This document shows positions 25,415 to 36,032 of a stretch of 64,000 nucleotides of DNA, piece after piece. The position numbers were made by a program, and so were the translations under genes. The DNA comes from a virus (lineage: Duplodnaviria; Heunggongvirae; Uroviricota; Caudoviricetes). The first letter of the stretch is position 1. Each line of letters opens with the position of its first letter. Under the pieces are notes generated by a model. That model ran no database searches. It had not been told where the DNA came from and saw only the letters and a list, made by a program, of their open reading frames with translations. The DNA lies in IMG/VR virus record IMGVR_UViG_3300047554_000375; one strand, written 5' to 3'.

Positions 25415-25974
25415 TGAATATTTTTTACCTACATAATGATACTCGTGTGTGTGCCGAAATGCACAACGACAAACATTGCGTTAAAATGATCCTTGAATAT
25501 GCTCAACTTCTTTCTACTGCTCATCGTGTGCTTGATGGTAATGTGTCTGTTGGCCTCTCTAAAACTGGTCGAAAACAAACGAGATATGTTCTTTCTGACA
25601 ATCGTGAGCATTTACTGTACTCTGCTACTCATATCAACCATCCATCAGCGACTTGGGTAAGACAATCATACAACAACTATTTTTGGTTGGCTGATTTGTT
25701 GGTCGAATTATGTAAAGAATACACATATCGTTATGGTAAAGTCCATAAGGTTGAACGAGATGGTCTTTTGAATATGTTGTTACATGCACCAAAAAATATC
25801 AATCTAAGTGCGCCATTCACTGAGCCAACACCTGCCATGCCTGATGATTTGAAAGTGCCTGGCGATTCGATAAATTCGTATCGCACATACTACAACATTG
25901 GTAAAACACATTTGGCTAAGTGGAAAAATCGTCCTGTCCCTTATTGGTTCAGCGCAAATAATTTTACTATATAA
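25414..25974 (+). CDS. hypothetical protein
   Basis: ORF track, ATGA overlap. Confidence 0.75.
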   Translation: MNIFYLHNDTRVCAEMHNDKHCVKMILEYAQLLSTAHRVLDGNVSVGLSKTGRKQTRYVLSDNREHLLYSATHINHPSATWVRQSYNNYFWLADLLVELCKEYTYRYGKVHKVERDGLLNMLLHAPKNINLSAPFTEPTPAMPDDLKVPGDSINSYRTYYNIGKTHLAKWKNRPVPYWFSANNFTI

Positions 25975-26304
25975 TTGTATAGAACAATGCCAACATATAA
26001 TTTTATTAATACTGAGACTGGTGAAGAATTTGAATCGTTCATGCGTATATCTGAGCGTGAAGAATATCTAAAAACCAATCCCCACATTCAACCTGTGATG
26101 ACCGCACCAGCCATTGTGTCTGGTGTGTCATCATCCACGCAGAACCGTGTCCCAAACGGTTTCAAAGAAGTCCTCTCAAAAGTTGCAGAGGCGCACCGGG
26201 GAAGTGAATTTGCAAACAAACACTTACCCAAATCAATCAAAGAAGTCAAGACCGAACAGGTTGTTAAGAAGCACGTGGAGAGGATCACTGGCGTCAAAAC
26301 ATAA
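25975..26304 (+). CDS. hypothetical protein
   Basis: ORF track. Confidence 0.6.
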   Translation: MYRTMPTYNFINTETGEEFESFMRISEREEYLKTNPHIQPVMTAPAIVSGVSSSTQNRVPNGFKEVLSKVAEAHRGSEFANKHLPKSIKEVKTEQVVKKHVERITGVKT

Positions 26305-26316
26305 CAAAGGGAACTC

Positions 26317-27072
26317 ATGGCTAGAAAAGCAAATACAAAAATTAGAATTGTTGGTGATGATACTGTCCAAAACAAAACTTCTAATGCGCTAAAAATAAAA
26401 ATAGATGACCTAAAAACTTTTCAACCATTAACAGAGAATCAAAAATTATTCTTTAATGCATACAAGCAAGGTGACTACTTTGTTGCATTACATGGTGTAG
26501 CAGGCACTGGTAAAACATTCTGTGCATTGTATAAAGCACTTGAGGAAGTTCTAGACAAGAGTAACCCTTTTAAGAAAATTATTATTGTTCGTTCCGCAGT
26601 TCAGTCTCGTGAAATGGGACACTTGCCAGGTGATGTTGATGAAAAGATGGAAATCTATCAACAGCCATATGTTCAAATTTGTGAAACCTTGTTTGATAGA
26701 AAAGATGCGTATCAACGCCTAAGTGAGCAAGGTTATATTGAGTTCATTTCAACTTCATTCATTCGTGGTATGTCATTTGATGATGCTATCATTATTGTGG
26801 ATGAAATGCAAAACTTGACCTTTGAAGAAATTGATACAGTTATGACCCGTGTCGGTTATCGTTCTAAAATTGTTTGGTGCGGTGACTATAGACAAACAGA
26901 CTTGAACAAACGCAAGAATGATATGTCAGGCATTTTGAAGTTTTTTGATATTGCTTGGCACATGGGTGCGTTTACCAAGATTGAATTTACACCAGACGAT
27001 ATCGTTCGTTCATCATTAGTGAAAGATTACATTCTTGCTAAGATGCACTACGAAGATTCGCAAACTACCTAA
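26317..27072 (+). CDS. phoH: PhoH-like ATPase
   Basis: Walker A GVAGTGKTF and a PhoH-family layout (Walker B IIIVDEMQN). Confidence 0.85.
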   Translation: MARKANTKIRIVGDDTVQNKTSNALKIKIDDLKTFQPLTENQKLFFNAYKQGDYFVALHGVAGTGKTFCALYKALEEVLDKSNPFKKIIIVRSAVQSREMGHLPGDVDEKMEIYQQPYVQICETLFDRKDAYQRLSEQGYIEFISTSFIRGMSFDDAIIIVDEMQNLTFEEIDTVMTRVGYRSKIVWCGDYRQTDLNKRKNDMSGILKFFDIAWHMGAFTKIEFTPDDIVRSSLVKDYILAKMHYEDSQTT

Positions 27073-27075
27073 ATT

Positions 27076-27729
27076 ATGTTTACATATTGCCCACCGAAAA
27101 AACTTGAAGACTTAAAATCAGAAACACTAAACAACGGAAGATATTACACTACACCGACCGGTGAGAAACTACCTTCCGTTACCACTGTTATTGGTGCGAT
27201 GGGCAAGAAAGCGATTTATGAATGGCGTCAGAGAGTTGGTGCAGAGGAAGCAAATCGTGTGTCACGCATCGCATCAGGTCGTGGCACACGAATGCACACT
27301 TTATGTGAAAAGTATTTGAATAATGAAGAGTTGGGTAAACCGATGCCTGACGCACTAGCATTATTCAATACTGTAAAACCTCTACTAAATAGAATAAATA
27401 ACATTCACTACCAAGAATGTGCTTTGTGGTCAATTAGACTTGGAATGGCAGGTCGTGTTGACTGTATCGGTGAGTTTGATGGTAAGTTATCTGTTATTGA
27501 TTTCAAGACCTCAAGCAGAGTAAAAACCAAAGAAGATATTCCCGCATACTTTGCCCAATGTGTGGCATATGCATTGATGTATGAGGAATTGATTGGTGTT
27601 AAGATTCACCAAATTGTCGTAATCATGGCGGTCGAAGGATCGAATCCTATCCTTTTTGTCGAAAGGACGGGTGACCATGTGAAAACATTGAAAGAATACA
27701 TAGATTTTTATAAAAAAACTGGCACATAA
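27076..27729 (+). CDS. putative PD-(D/E)xK superfamily nuclease
   Basis: GRVDCIGEF...DFKTS motif resembling a D...(D/E)xK core; weak. Confidence 0.5.
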   Translation: MFTYCPPKKLEDLKSETLNNGRYYTTPTGEKLPSVTTVIGAMGKKAIYEWRQRVGAEEANRVSRIASGRGTRMHTLCEKYLNNEELGKPMPDALALFNTVKPLLNRINNIHYQECALWSIRLGMAGRVDCIGEFDGKLSVIDFKTSSRVKTKEDIPAYFAQCVAYALMYEELIGVKIHQIVVIMAVEGSNPILFVERTGDHVKTLKEYIDFYKKTGT

Positions 27730-27757
27730 ATATGGTATAAAACTTTGAGAGATAAAC

Positions 27758-28315
27758 ATGGCATTACAATCATCAGGAGCAATATCGTTTTCTCAGATTC
27801 AGTCTGAGTTCGGTGGCTCAAATCCAATCAGTTTAAATGAATATTATAGTGCAGATGATGGTGTAGCGGGAAGTGGTACAATTTCCGTCAATCAATTTTA
27901 CGGAAGATCCAGACCATATTCTGCTAACTACACCACAATCAGCGCATATTACATTCCCACAGGAGCAGGTGGTACGGGAGAAGGTTTTTGGCGTGATGTT
28001 GCATCATGGACAAACAACACCAACAGAAAAGGTTCCGTCAGAATGTGGGGACATTTATGGGATGGATATTTTGGACCAGATAATTATGGTGCATGGTATT
28101 ATTCTCGTGGTAGTCATGTTTTCGGTTATAGGCTTTATCAAAACTCTTATCTATTGGTTGATGGATGGTACGGATATCACGGTGCTACCCATCCCTACTG
28201 GGACTTCACAACATATCTAAACAGAAATGATACTCTAAAAGCACAATATTATGGCTGGGGAAGTTATAATACCGACAAAATCACTGGTGGCTATTTCAAT
28301 ATCGGAGGAAGTTAA
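27758..28315 (+). CDS. Gly/Tyr/Trp-rich putative virion protein
   Basis: N-terminal AISFSQIQSEFGG...ISLNEYY motif; an ATAAATA late-promoter-like box lies upstream. Confidence 0.65.
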   Translation: MALQSSGAISFSQIQSEFGGSNPISLNEYYSADDGVAGSGTISVNQFYGRSRPYSANYTTISAYYIPTGAGGTGEGFWRDVASWTNNTNRKGSVRMWGHLWDGYFGPDNYGAWYYSRGSHVFGYRLYQNSYLLVDGWYGYHGATHPYWDFTTYLNRNDTLKAQYYGWGSYNTDKITGGYFNIGGS

Positions 28316-28584
28316 TGAGTAAAGTTTTTATTGGATATTCATTCCATATTCAATCACATTATGATAATGCATTGGATTATTTAAATAGTCGCTTACCGGA
28401 AAACCATGTTCAAATTGATTCTTCGCCGGTAGAATTGAAAAATGGAAAAAAAGCACTTGTTTGGCCAGAAGAGGCAGATTCGAACACATATATTTCCATT
28501 CTTTCAACACAATATGGTCAACCTATGCAATTTGTAACAGATGTTGATTTCTATCATCCAGGAAACGATTACGGAAATAATTGA
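28315..28584 (+). CDS. hypothetical protein
   Basis: ORF track, ATGA overlap. Confidence 0.6.
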   Translation: MSKVFIGYSFHIQSHYDNALDYLNSRLPENHVQIDSSPVELKNGKKALVWPEEADSNTYISILSTQYGQPMQFVTDVDFYHPGNDYGNN

Positions 28585-28593
28585 ACAATATTG

Positions 28594-28622
28594 TTGACAA
28601 ATAAATCATTATAATATATAAT
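28594..28622 (+). promoter_or_regulatory. sigma70-type promoter TTGACA-N17-TATAAT heading the enzyme cluster
   Basis: hexamers. Confidence 0.65.
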
Positions 28623-28646
28623 TTTTTAATATTCAGGAAGTGAAAA

Positions 28647-30200
28647 ATGAAAGATGAAAAAAATCCGAACAACTTTAATCCAGTTAATTCGGTAACTATT
28701 TTTGGTGGCGGTACTGCTGGTTGGATAACAGCACTCTCACTAACAGTTCAATGTCCACAATTAGCAATCACACTAATCCAACCCAAGTCACATTCGGTTA
28801 TAGGTGTTGGTGAATCCACACAACCAGACTTACTGCAACTCCTCAATAAAGCGGGAATTCCTATAGGCGAATTTATTCGTGAGTGTGATGCCACTGCAAA
28901 ATGTGGTATTTACTATGAAGATTGGTATGATATTGGAACACACTTTTGGCATCCATTTACGGACATGGCAAACAGTGAAGTCAACTACACCCTCGCACAT
29001 CATTATCAACAATTGATGTTGAAATATCCAGAAAAATACACACACGAAGATTATTATGATGCGGTGCATCCGTCTTATGATGTTTGTGTAACACATAAAA
29101 AAGTTGATGGAAAAAACGCTGCCGCACTTCATGTTGATGCCGACAAGATGCATAAATTTTTGCGTGAAAGACTTGATAATGTTACTGTATATGAGCCCGA
29201 AACTATTGAAGTTGTTTCCGAAGACAGTCAAGAAATACGATTCATTGATTGTGATGGTGTAAAAGTTGGCGGTGATTTGTTTATTGATTGTACAGGCTTC
29301 AATCGTGTTTTGATGCAACATTTAAATAATGTTGATGAAGATGCAAAAGAATACTATCACGAAAATGTTGAATCTGCAATCTTTGCAAGAATTCCTTACA
29401 TTGACCGTGAAAAAGAAATGTTGCCTTACACCAAAGCACATGCACAAAAACATGGCTGGATTTGGACAATTCCTCTATTCAGTCGCATAGGCTCAGGCTA
29501 TGTTTACACGAAAAATTCGTGTACTGCCGATGAAGCAGAAAAACAATTCCGTGAGTATTGGGGCGTTGAAAGAATGAAAGATGTTCCAATAAAGCATTTA
29601 GAATTTAAAAGCGATTCTTTAAAGCAACCATGGAAGAATAATGTTGTTGCTATCGGTCTAAGTTCTGGTTTTGTTGAACCTCTAGAGGCAACTGGTATTA
29701 ATTGGATTGTTACTGCGGCAAATAATTTATCTGCCGTTTTAGCGAGAAAATATTATGACCAACATGTTATTGATTTTTACAATTCTGGCATGAGTAACTA
29801 TGTCTCAGATGTTCAAGATTTTATTGATGTTCACTATAAACTTTCCAATAGAAAAGATTCTGTTTTATGGAACTATCATACAGTAAGAGGACATAATCCT
29901 AGATTGTATAGAAAATTGGAAGTCTATGGCACAGAAATGCCTGCGAAATGGAATAGACCTAGACATATGCCTTGGGCTTTCAATGAAGTTTCTTGGATTG
30001 ATATTTTGAATGGATACAAATTTAAATTTGAGGTTCAAGATATCAATGACGAGACTGTAGCAAGAATGCAGAAAGAATTCGCAAGAATTCGCTCTCTGAA
30101 AAAAGGAAGAGCGGATCATTGTTTAACACCATACGATTTTATTAAAGAAATACATGATACAAATAACAACACGCCAGTGGAAGAATTACCAAACAAATAA
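28647..30200 (+). CDS. flavin-dependent (tryptophan-type) halogenase
   Basis: N-terminal GGGTAGW FAD motif and the signature GWIWTIPL (WxWxIP) motif. Confidence 0.85.
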   Translation: MKDEKNPNNFNPVNSVTIFGGGTAGWITALSLTVQCPQLAITLIQPKSHSVIGVGESTQPDLLQLLNKAGIPIGEFIRECDATAKCGIYYEDWYDIGTHFWHPFTDMANSEVNYTLAHHYQQLMLKYPEKYTHEDYYDAVHPSYDVCVTHKKVDGKNAAALHVDADKMHKFLRERLDNVTVYEPETIEVVSEDSQEIRFIDCDGVKVGGDLFIDCTGFNRVLMQHLNNVDEDAKEYYHENVESAIFARIPYIDREKEMLPYTKAHAQKHGWIWTIPLFSRIGSGYVYTKNSCTADEAEKQFREYWGVERMKDVPIKHLEFKSDSLKQPWKNNVVAIGLSSGFVEPLEATGINWIVTAANNLSAVLARKYYDQHVIDFYNSGMSNYVSDVQDFIDVHYKLSNRKDSVLWNYHTVRGHNPRLYRKLEVYGTEMPAKWNRPRHMPWAFNEVSWIDILNGYKFKFEVQDINDETVARMQKEFARIRSLKKGRADHCLTPYDFIKEIHDTNNNTPVEELPNK

Positions 30201-30774
30201 TTCAATTAAACCGGATTGGACAAAAAACACTCAAGTCTCGACATGTCCCGGCTTGATGAATTATGTTACGGAAGGATTAGTTGTCCTTTGTCCAGATGAT
30301 TTCGAATTCGAAACTGCTGACGGAAAACTTATTCACTGGAGCGCAACTTCCGAAAACAATTTGATTCCACACTATTACTGGCAAGCAGACATTGTAAATC
30401 CTGGTCACACAATCGTAAAGTTTGACACAGGAATTATGTTGAAGCATGTGGAAGAACACAGATTGTTTTGTTTATTATCAGACTATGAGCCTATGAATCC
30501 GGCAATCAAAGTTATGCCTGCCGTTTTTCCTCTGTTAGATGTTTGGTCTCCAGTTATGATGAATACTGTTTGGCGAGATGGTATTCATAAAGTTAAAAAG
30601 GGTGATCCTCTTGCAAGAATATTCCTATCATACTATGGTGATTTTGAATATGAATATGCAGGTGAAACGAACTATCTCAAACAAGCCGAAGAATGGCTCA
30701 AGTTGAAAGAGGAACCAAATATACTAACTGCTTTCAATAAAGAAATGAAGAAATGTCCTTTCCACAATAAATGA
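30154..30774 (+). CDS. hypothetical protein (cluster member)
   Basis: ORF track; the start may be further downstream (47-nt overlap with the halogenase). Confidence 0.55.
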   Translation: MIQITTRQWKNYQTNNSIKPDWTKNTQVSTCPGLMNYVTEGLVVLCPDDFEFETADGKLIHWSATSENNLIPHYYWQADIVNPGHTIVKFDTGIMLKHVEEHRLFCLLSDYEPMNPAIKVMPAVFPLLDVWSPVMMNTVWRDGIHKVKKGDPLARIFLSYYGDFEYEYAGETNYLKQAEEWLKLKEEPNILTAFNKEMKKCPFHNK

Positions 30775-30775
30775 T

Positions 30776-31870
30776 ATGCACTACTATTCTGAAGATGGTA
30801 CGATATTCATGTCGAAAGTTAGGGCATTAGAGTATGGTAGAAAAAAACAACAGAAAATAAACTTCTATTACTATGATGATGTTTATAGTAAATGTGACTG
30901 GACTACAGAACCATCTGAAAGTTTGGAATATTACTATAAAGAGCAAGCACAAAGAATCCGTGATAACTATGATTATCTGATTCTTTGCTACTCTGGTGGA
31001 GCAGATTCGACAAACATTTTAGAGACTTTCCACTTTAATGGTATCAAACTTGATAAAATTATTACAGTTGGTGCTTTAAGTAAAGATCCAGAATATGGCT
31101 CAGATAAAAATCATAATGGTGAACTTTATCATAATGTTTTTCCATATATCAAAGAATTGGGTTTAGAATCAATCACAGAGGTAATTGACTACACAAAATT
31201 TTTTGATGATATCAACAGTCTATCAATCGTACAATATCAGGATGAATGGATCGACATTGTTGGTCCATGGTACAGTCCACATCACTGGTTCTGGAGAGAT
31301 TTGGAAAAACATGTTGTTCCTAAAAATATAGGCAACAAACGAGTTGCCATAATTTTTGGTAAAGATAAGCCAGGTCTATTCTACGGAAAGACAAATAAAC
31401 CAGATGTTATCTTACCGAGCGGAAATACCATGCTGAATGGATTCAACTTCAAAGATACCCCGTGTTCAGATTATGGTAACTTAAACTTACCGTACGGTTA
31501 TACAAATATTGATAGAGTTAATTTTTATTGGGATCCAACTTATCCACAGATACTTTTGAAACAATTACATGTTTTAAAAAATCATTATGTAATAACACAT
31601 TCAACATCATACGATCCATTCTTAGGGTCACAGATGTTTGGTGGAAAAATGACGGATCATATTGTTTACAATCTGAAAAGACCTTTGGTTTTTAAATCAC
31701 CAAAAAGTATCACTCCCATTATAAGTTTGAGGGACGATTTTCTGAAGGACAGTAAAGATTCGGATGTTTTTAAACTGCATGATGCTGGTATAAAAAAGAT
31801 GAAGATGCATATTGATTTGAATGAATTGGTGACAATCAATTCTAAATTTTATAATATTCTAAAAGGATAA
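30776..31870 (+). CDS. PP-loop ATP pyrophosphatase superfamily protein (paralog A)
   Basis: LILCYSGGADS (SGGxDS) motif; N-terminal region is paralogous to 36029-37228. Confidence 0.75.
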   Translation: MHYYSEDGTIFMSKVRALEYGRKKQQKINFYYYDDVYSKCDWTTEPSESLEYYYKEQAQRIRDNYDYLILCYSGGADSTNILETFHFNGIKLDKIITVGALSKDPEYGSDKNHNGELYHNVFPYIKELGLESITEVIDYTKFFDDINSLSIVQYQDEWIDIVGPWYSPHHWFWRDLEKHVVPKNIGNKRVAIIFGKDKPGLFYGKTNKPDVILPSGNTMLNGFNFKDTPCSDYGNLNLPYGYTNIDRVNFYWDPTYPQILLKQLHVLKNHYVITHSTSYDPFLGSQMFGGKMTDHIVYNLKRPLVFKSPKSITPIISLRDDFLKDSKDSDVFKLHDAGIKKMKMHIDLNELVTINSKFYNILKG

Positions 31871-31871
31871 T

Positions 31872-32714
31872 TTGATGTTTAAGAATAAGGTGCCTAAATT
31901 TTTTGGGCACATATCCGCACTAAAAGATGGTAATTTAGTTTTGCCGGATTTCATATTGAACAATGGTGAAGATGGCGTAAATTTAATGCACCGATATTGT
32001 CCACATAGAATGTATCCTATGCATACTCCTGGAGAAATTGTACAGGAAGTTAGTTGTAAATTTCACAATTTCAGATGGGACAAAAATGGAGTTCCACTCA
32101 ATAATGATAAGAAACTACATTGTGGTAAAATAACAACAGGTCGCAGTGGTGTTTTGTTTAGAGATTTTATTGAACCTGACCACAAATGGGTTGATGATTT
32201 GTCGAATGAGAAAAATTTGAAATATAGTCATTCACTGGAAGGTCAGAGTGAAGGAAGTTGGCTGTGGTTATTGGATGCTGAAGCCGATTTACTCCATGTT
32301 TACGAGGATGGTATTCATCCGTTCTTGTCGAAACAAGTTAAGATAGAAGATATTCAAATGGATCAAGGTGATGGTTGGATTCTACAAACACATCCGACTG
32401 GTTGGTGGTTGTATGTTTTTCCATTCTTGTTCATTGAATACTCACCAGGTTGTGTGATGATAAACAATGTCATACCAAACGATATCAATACTGAGTTTGG
32501 TTTCAAGTGGATATCACAGTTCTATTATGATGATAGTGTTGATGTGGGTGCTAGAAGAATCTTTGAAACTTGCGAAGAAGTTTTTTGTGAGGATGTTCAA
32601 ACAGCAGAGTTACAAAAAGGTAAATACTTTCCTCTGATGAAGGCGATGAACAGATATGAGGATCATTGTGTTCATCTAGGAAAATGGTACAGAGAAAATG
32701 TTAACAAAGAATAA
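31872..32714 (+). CDS. Rieske [2Fe-2S] domain protein, oxygenase-like
   Basis: CPH-X16-CKFH Rieske motif; downstream DLLH...EDGIH resembles a mononuclear iron site. Confidence 0.75.
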   Translation: MMFKNKVPKFFGHISALKDGNLVLPDFILNNGEDGVNLMHRYCPHRMYPMHTPGEIVQEVSCKFHNFRWDKNGVPLNNDKKLHCGKITTGRSGVLFRDFIEPDHKWVDDLSNEKNLKYSHSLEGQSEGSWLWLLDAEADLLHVYEDGIHPFLSKQVKIEDIQMDQGDGWILQTHPTGWWLYVFPFLFIEYSPGCVMINNVIPNDINTEFGFKWISQFYYDDSVDVGARRIFETCEEVFCEDVQTAELQKGKYFPLMKAMNRYEDHCVHLGKWYRENVNKE

Positions 32715-33513
32715 TTGGTTATACACCAATCTAGCGGATAGATTTACAAATCCTGCTTCCGATTTTAATATGGGTATAAACTTATATCCGTTTAAACATA
32801 TGACTTTTCAGGAAGCCGCTGATTATACTTGCATGGAGATTGTAAAAAATTACGACAATCTTTTTCTTGCGTTCAGTGGTGGCATGGACTCAGATTTCGT
32901 TTTGCGTTGCTTTCACAGAAATAATATTGCTATTAAACCAATCATCGTTGTCTGTGGTAAACAGATTGAAAATGAGTATGCATATAGATTGTGTGATGAA
33001 CTAAAGATAGAACCCATAATTATTGAAATTACCGAAGAGCAATTCATATACTTTTACAGAGAACACATTTATAAAAAGTTTAATGGAGTAGGATATAATG
33101 CATCACAAGTCTTGGTGGCTGCCGAATTAGTTGAAAAAGAAGGTGGTACATTAATAACAGGAAATCACTTTATGGGTGATGGTGATGATATGATAACCGA
33201 TGAAGTTTATCTGATATCGAATGAGTGGGACTTCTATACAGACTACTGTTTTACAGGATGTAAAAATATAGACTTCTTTCTCTACACACCAGAGATTGCA
33301 TATGCTATGATGCCTGATGAAAACATCACATGGAATAGACACAAAGAAAAAATATTTCAAATTCCATATAGAGATAAAATGCGTCCAGTTTATTCTGAGG
33401 AGACCACTGCTGAGGTGAGAAGAATGGCCAGAAACAGGATTCCTCTAAAGAAGACTGGTGAAGTTTGGACTAAGAATAAATTCCTAAATGTTTTCGATAA
33501 ATATAAATTTTAA
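32698..33513 (+). CDS. PP-loop ATP pyrophosphatase superfamily protein (divergent third copy)
   Basis: LAFSGGMDSD motif. Confidence 0.7.
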   Translation: MLTKNNWLYTNLADRFTNPASDFNMGINLYPFKHMTFQEAADYTCMEIVKNYDNLFLAFSGGMDSDFVLRCFHRNNIAIKPIIVVCGKQIENEYAYRLCDELKIEPIIIEITEEQFIYFYREHIYKKFNGVGYNASQVLVAAELVEKEGGTLITGNHFMGDGDDMITDEVYLISNEWDFYTDYCFTGCKNIDFFLYTPEIAYAMMPDENITWNRHKEKIFQIPYRDKMRPVYSEETTAEVRRMARNRIPLKKTGEVWTKNKFLNVFDKYKF

Positions 33514-33522
33514 GGAACATTT

Positions 33523-33867
33523 ATGCCTAAAATCATAAAAACTATTACCAACAAATCCAACAATAAGGCTTGGATCAACACAAACGAGTATCAAAATTAT
33601 TTCACTCAAGAGCAGATAGATGGAATTATTAATCCATATACAGACTATGTTCAAAGTTTGCCAGGTTTCATTTCTGTTAATATTGAAGAAACATCAAATA
33701 CATTAGTGATTACTCACGAATTTGATACACAGGAAAATTTAGAGGTCGCATTAAACAATCTTGGTGGTCCAAATGTCAACTCTATCGTTGTTATGAGAAA
33801 TACACTTTTCACAGAAAAGTTACAGGGACTCGGAGCAAATTCTACTTTAACTATAACCTTTGAATAA
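33523..33867 (+). CDS. hypothetical protein (cluster member)
   Basis: ORF track. Confidence 0.6.
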   Translation: MPKIIKTITNKSNNKAWINTNEYQNYFTQEQIDGIINPYTDYVQSLPGFISVNIEETSNTLVITHEFDTQENLEVALNNLGGPNVNSIVVMRNTLFTEKLQGLGANSTLTITFE

Positions 33868-33870
33868 TTT

Positions 33871-35163
33871 ATGTTTAGTCGTGATACATATTGTATTTTG
33901 CCATGGTCATCAATACAAATAAATCCATCAGGAGATTATAAAATTTGTTGTTTCTCTGGAGTGACTGGAGAAAATCACGGAATGGCGATTGACTCTGATG
34001 GAAAAGTGATGAATGTTATGACACATTCAATAAAAGAAGCATTGAATAGTGAAAATCATAAACAATTAAGATTGTCACAATCGAAAAATGAGAGAAATCC
34101 TTTATGCAAAGTTTGTTGGGATAGGGATGATGCCAACAAAAATAATGCAAGAACAACATCATTAAGATTCTTTAGGACATTCGACCAATTACCAGGACTA
34201 GATAATGCAGTAACATTGGAGAAGGCATCCGGTGTTATGGCTAATGATGGTTCAATTGATGAGTTTCCTATTAGTTTGGATTTGAGATTTACTAATGTCT
34301 GCAATATGAAGTGTATCATGTGCAGTTCGAAATATAGTAATCAATGGTATGAAGATGAAGAAAAACTGTATGGAACAAATTTCATGCATGTGGATCCATC
34401 ACTAAAATATAACATCATAGTGAAAAATGGAGTTTATAAATCTGACATGCCTGTTTGGCATGATTCTGACGCATGGTGGAAAAATTTTGATGACATTAAA
34501 CACAGAATACGACACCTTTATCTGACAGGCGGAGAACCGTTTATAGTTAAAGGACATGATGTTCTCTTAGACAAACTAATTGAGTTGAATTTGGCTTCCA
34601 ACATTATCTTGGAATATGATACAAATCTTAGTGTAATCAACGACAAAATATTGAATAGACTAAAGCAGTTCAAAGAAGTTATTTTATCTGTTAGTTGTGA
34701 CGATGTTGATGAACAATATGAGTTGATAAGATTTCCTGGAAAATTCAGCAACATGACTAAAAATTTACAGTTGTTGAAGGACAGAGATTTTGAGATAAGA
34801 CATTTGTCCACTTGTATAGGAATTTATTCTATATTTTCTCCACTTAGACTTCGTGATAAATTTCCTGAATATAAATTATCACTTAGAATGTTGAGAGCAC
34901 CATTTCATTCTGATATAATGTATTTGCCTAAAAGTGCTAAAGAGGAAGTCATTCGTGTCTATAGAGAATCTAATATCGAAGATAGGTGGAAGAACTTTGT
35001 TATTTCATATTTGGAAAATAATATGAATACATTTCCAGATAAAGAATGTGTTGATATGACAAAACAGCACATTAACTATCTAAATAAATTGGATGAGATT
35101 CGTGGTACAGATTGGAAAAAAACATTTCCTGATGTTGTTAAATTATTAGAAAGATGCTTATGA
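33871..35163 (+). CDS. radical SAM enzyme with N-terminal Cys-rich extension
   Basis: CNMKCIMC (CX3CX2C) and LYLTGGEPF motifs; additional CxxC pairs near the N-terminus. Confidence 0.8.
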   Translation: MFSRDTYCILPWSSIQINPSGDYKICCFSGVTGENHGMAIDSDGKVMNVMTHSIKEALNSENHKQLRLSQSKNERNPLCKVCWDRDDANKNNARTTSLRFFRTFDQLPGLDNAVTLEKASGVMANDGSIDEFPISLDLRFTNVCNMKCIMCSSKYSNQWYEDEEKLYGTNFMHVDPSLKYNIIVKNGVYKSDMPVWHDSDAWWKNFDDIKHRIRHLYLTGGEPFIVKGHDVLLDKLIELNLASNIILEYDTNLSVINDKILNRLKQFKEVILSVSCDDVDEQYELIRFPGKFSNMTKNLQLLKDRDFEIRHLSTCIGIYSIFSPLRLRDKFPEYKLSLRMLRAPFHSDIMYLPKSAKEEVIRVYRESNIEDRWKNFVISYLENNMNTFPDKECVDMTKQHINYLNKLDEIRGTDWKKTFPDVVKLLERCL

Positions 35164-36032
35164 AAATTAAAATGATGTTATTGAGTTTATTGTTGTCGTT
35201 GAATGTGAATGCACAAACAACAGTAATTTTGCCTGTTGGCTCTGGTGGTTTGATTCACAAATATGCACTTGAGATGCAACCATTCTTCAACAAAACATTG
35301 GATGGTGTTGTGTATGATTTGAAACCTGGTGCAGGTGGTGTTATTGGCGCCGCTGCCCTCGCTGAGAATAAGACAGAAAAAATGGTTCTACTATTTGGTC
35401 CTGTACAAAACTGGCCAACTAATCCATTGACAGATATGATTCCTGTAGCATATATGGGAACAATTCCTGGTGTGATTTTTACTAAACAAAACACCAAATA
35501 TTCAAACTTCAAAGAAGTTATGGAATATGCTAAAACAAATTCTGTTTCATATGGAGTTCCTGGCGCAAGTAATAATGGTAAATTGATCCGCAGTATGGTA
35601 GAAAAATATAGCACACCGAAGAATGTTATTGAAGTCCCTTATAAAAGTGGTGCGATGATTACAACGGATGTTGTAGGTGGTCACTTAGAAATTGGTGTGT
35701 CGATTCCAAATAATATAAATCAATATATTGATGAAAATAAGTTGACTGCTTTAGGTGTTTTTGCCGCACAGCGTTCGCATTATTTGCCTAATGTGCCAAC
35801 ATTACGAGAACAGGGTTTGTCCATTCCTCAAGACTATAAGTATTTCAACAATGTTTTCTTGTTTGCAAATAAGACTGCTAATCCACAAGATGTTGAAAAA
35901 TTGCGTAAAGCAATCGTAGAATTTATGCGTAGCGATGAATCTTTGGAAGTCAGAAAGAGAATGGATATTAGTTTCGGCAAACAAAGTATTTCATCACCAG
36001 AAAAGTATATCAGAGAAATTATTACAGAATGA
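35154..36032 (+). CDS. secreted Bug/TctC-family-like solute-binding protein
   Basis: signal peptide; KPGAGGVIGAAALAE region resembles the tripartite tricarboxylate receptor family. Confidence 0.6.
   Translation: MLMKIKMMLLSLLLSLNVNAQTTVILPVGSGGLIHKYALEMQPFFNKTLDGVVYDLKPGAGGVIGAAALAENKTEKMVLLFGPVQNWPTNPLTDMIPVAYMGTIPGVIFTKQNTKYSNFKEVMEYAKTNSVSYGVPGASNNGKLIRSMVEKYSTPKNVIEVPYKSGAMITTDVVGGHLEIGVSIPNNINQYIDENKLTALGVFAAQRSHYLPNVPTLREQGLSIPQDYKYFNNVFLFANKTANPQDVEKLRKAIVEFMRSDESLEVRKRMDISFGKQSISSPEKYIREIITE

Noticed and set aside
28830-29321. Minus-strand ORF 28830-29321 (163 aa) inside the halogenase
   Set aside because: It is antisense to a gene with clear FAD and WxWxIP motifs and has no start context.
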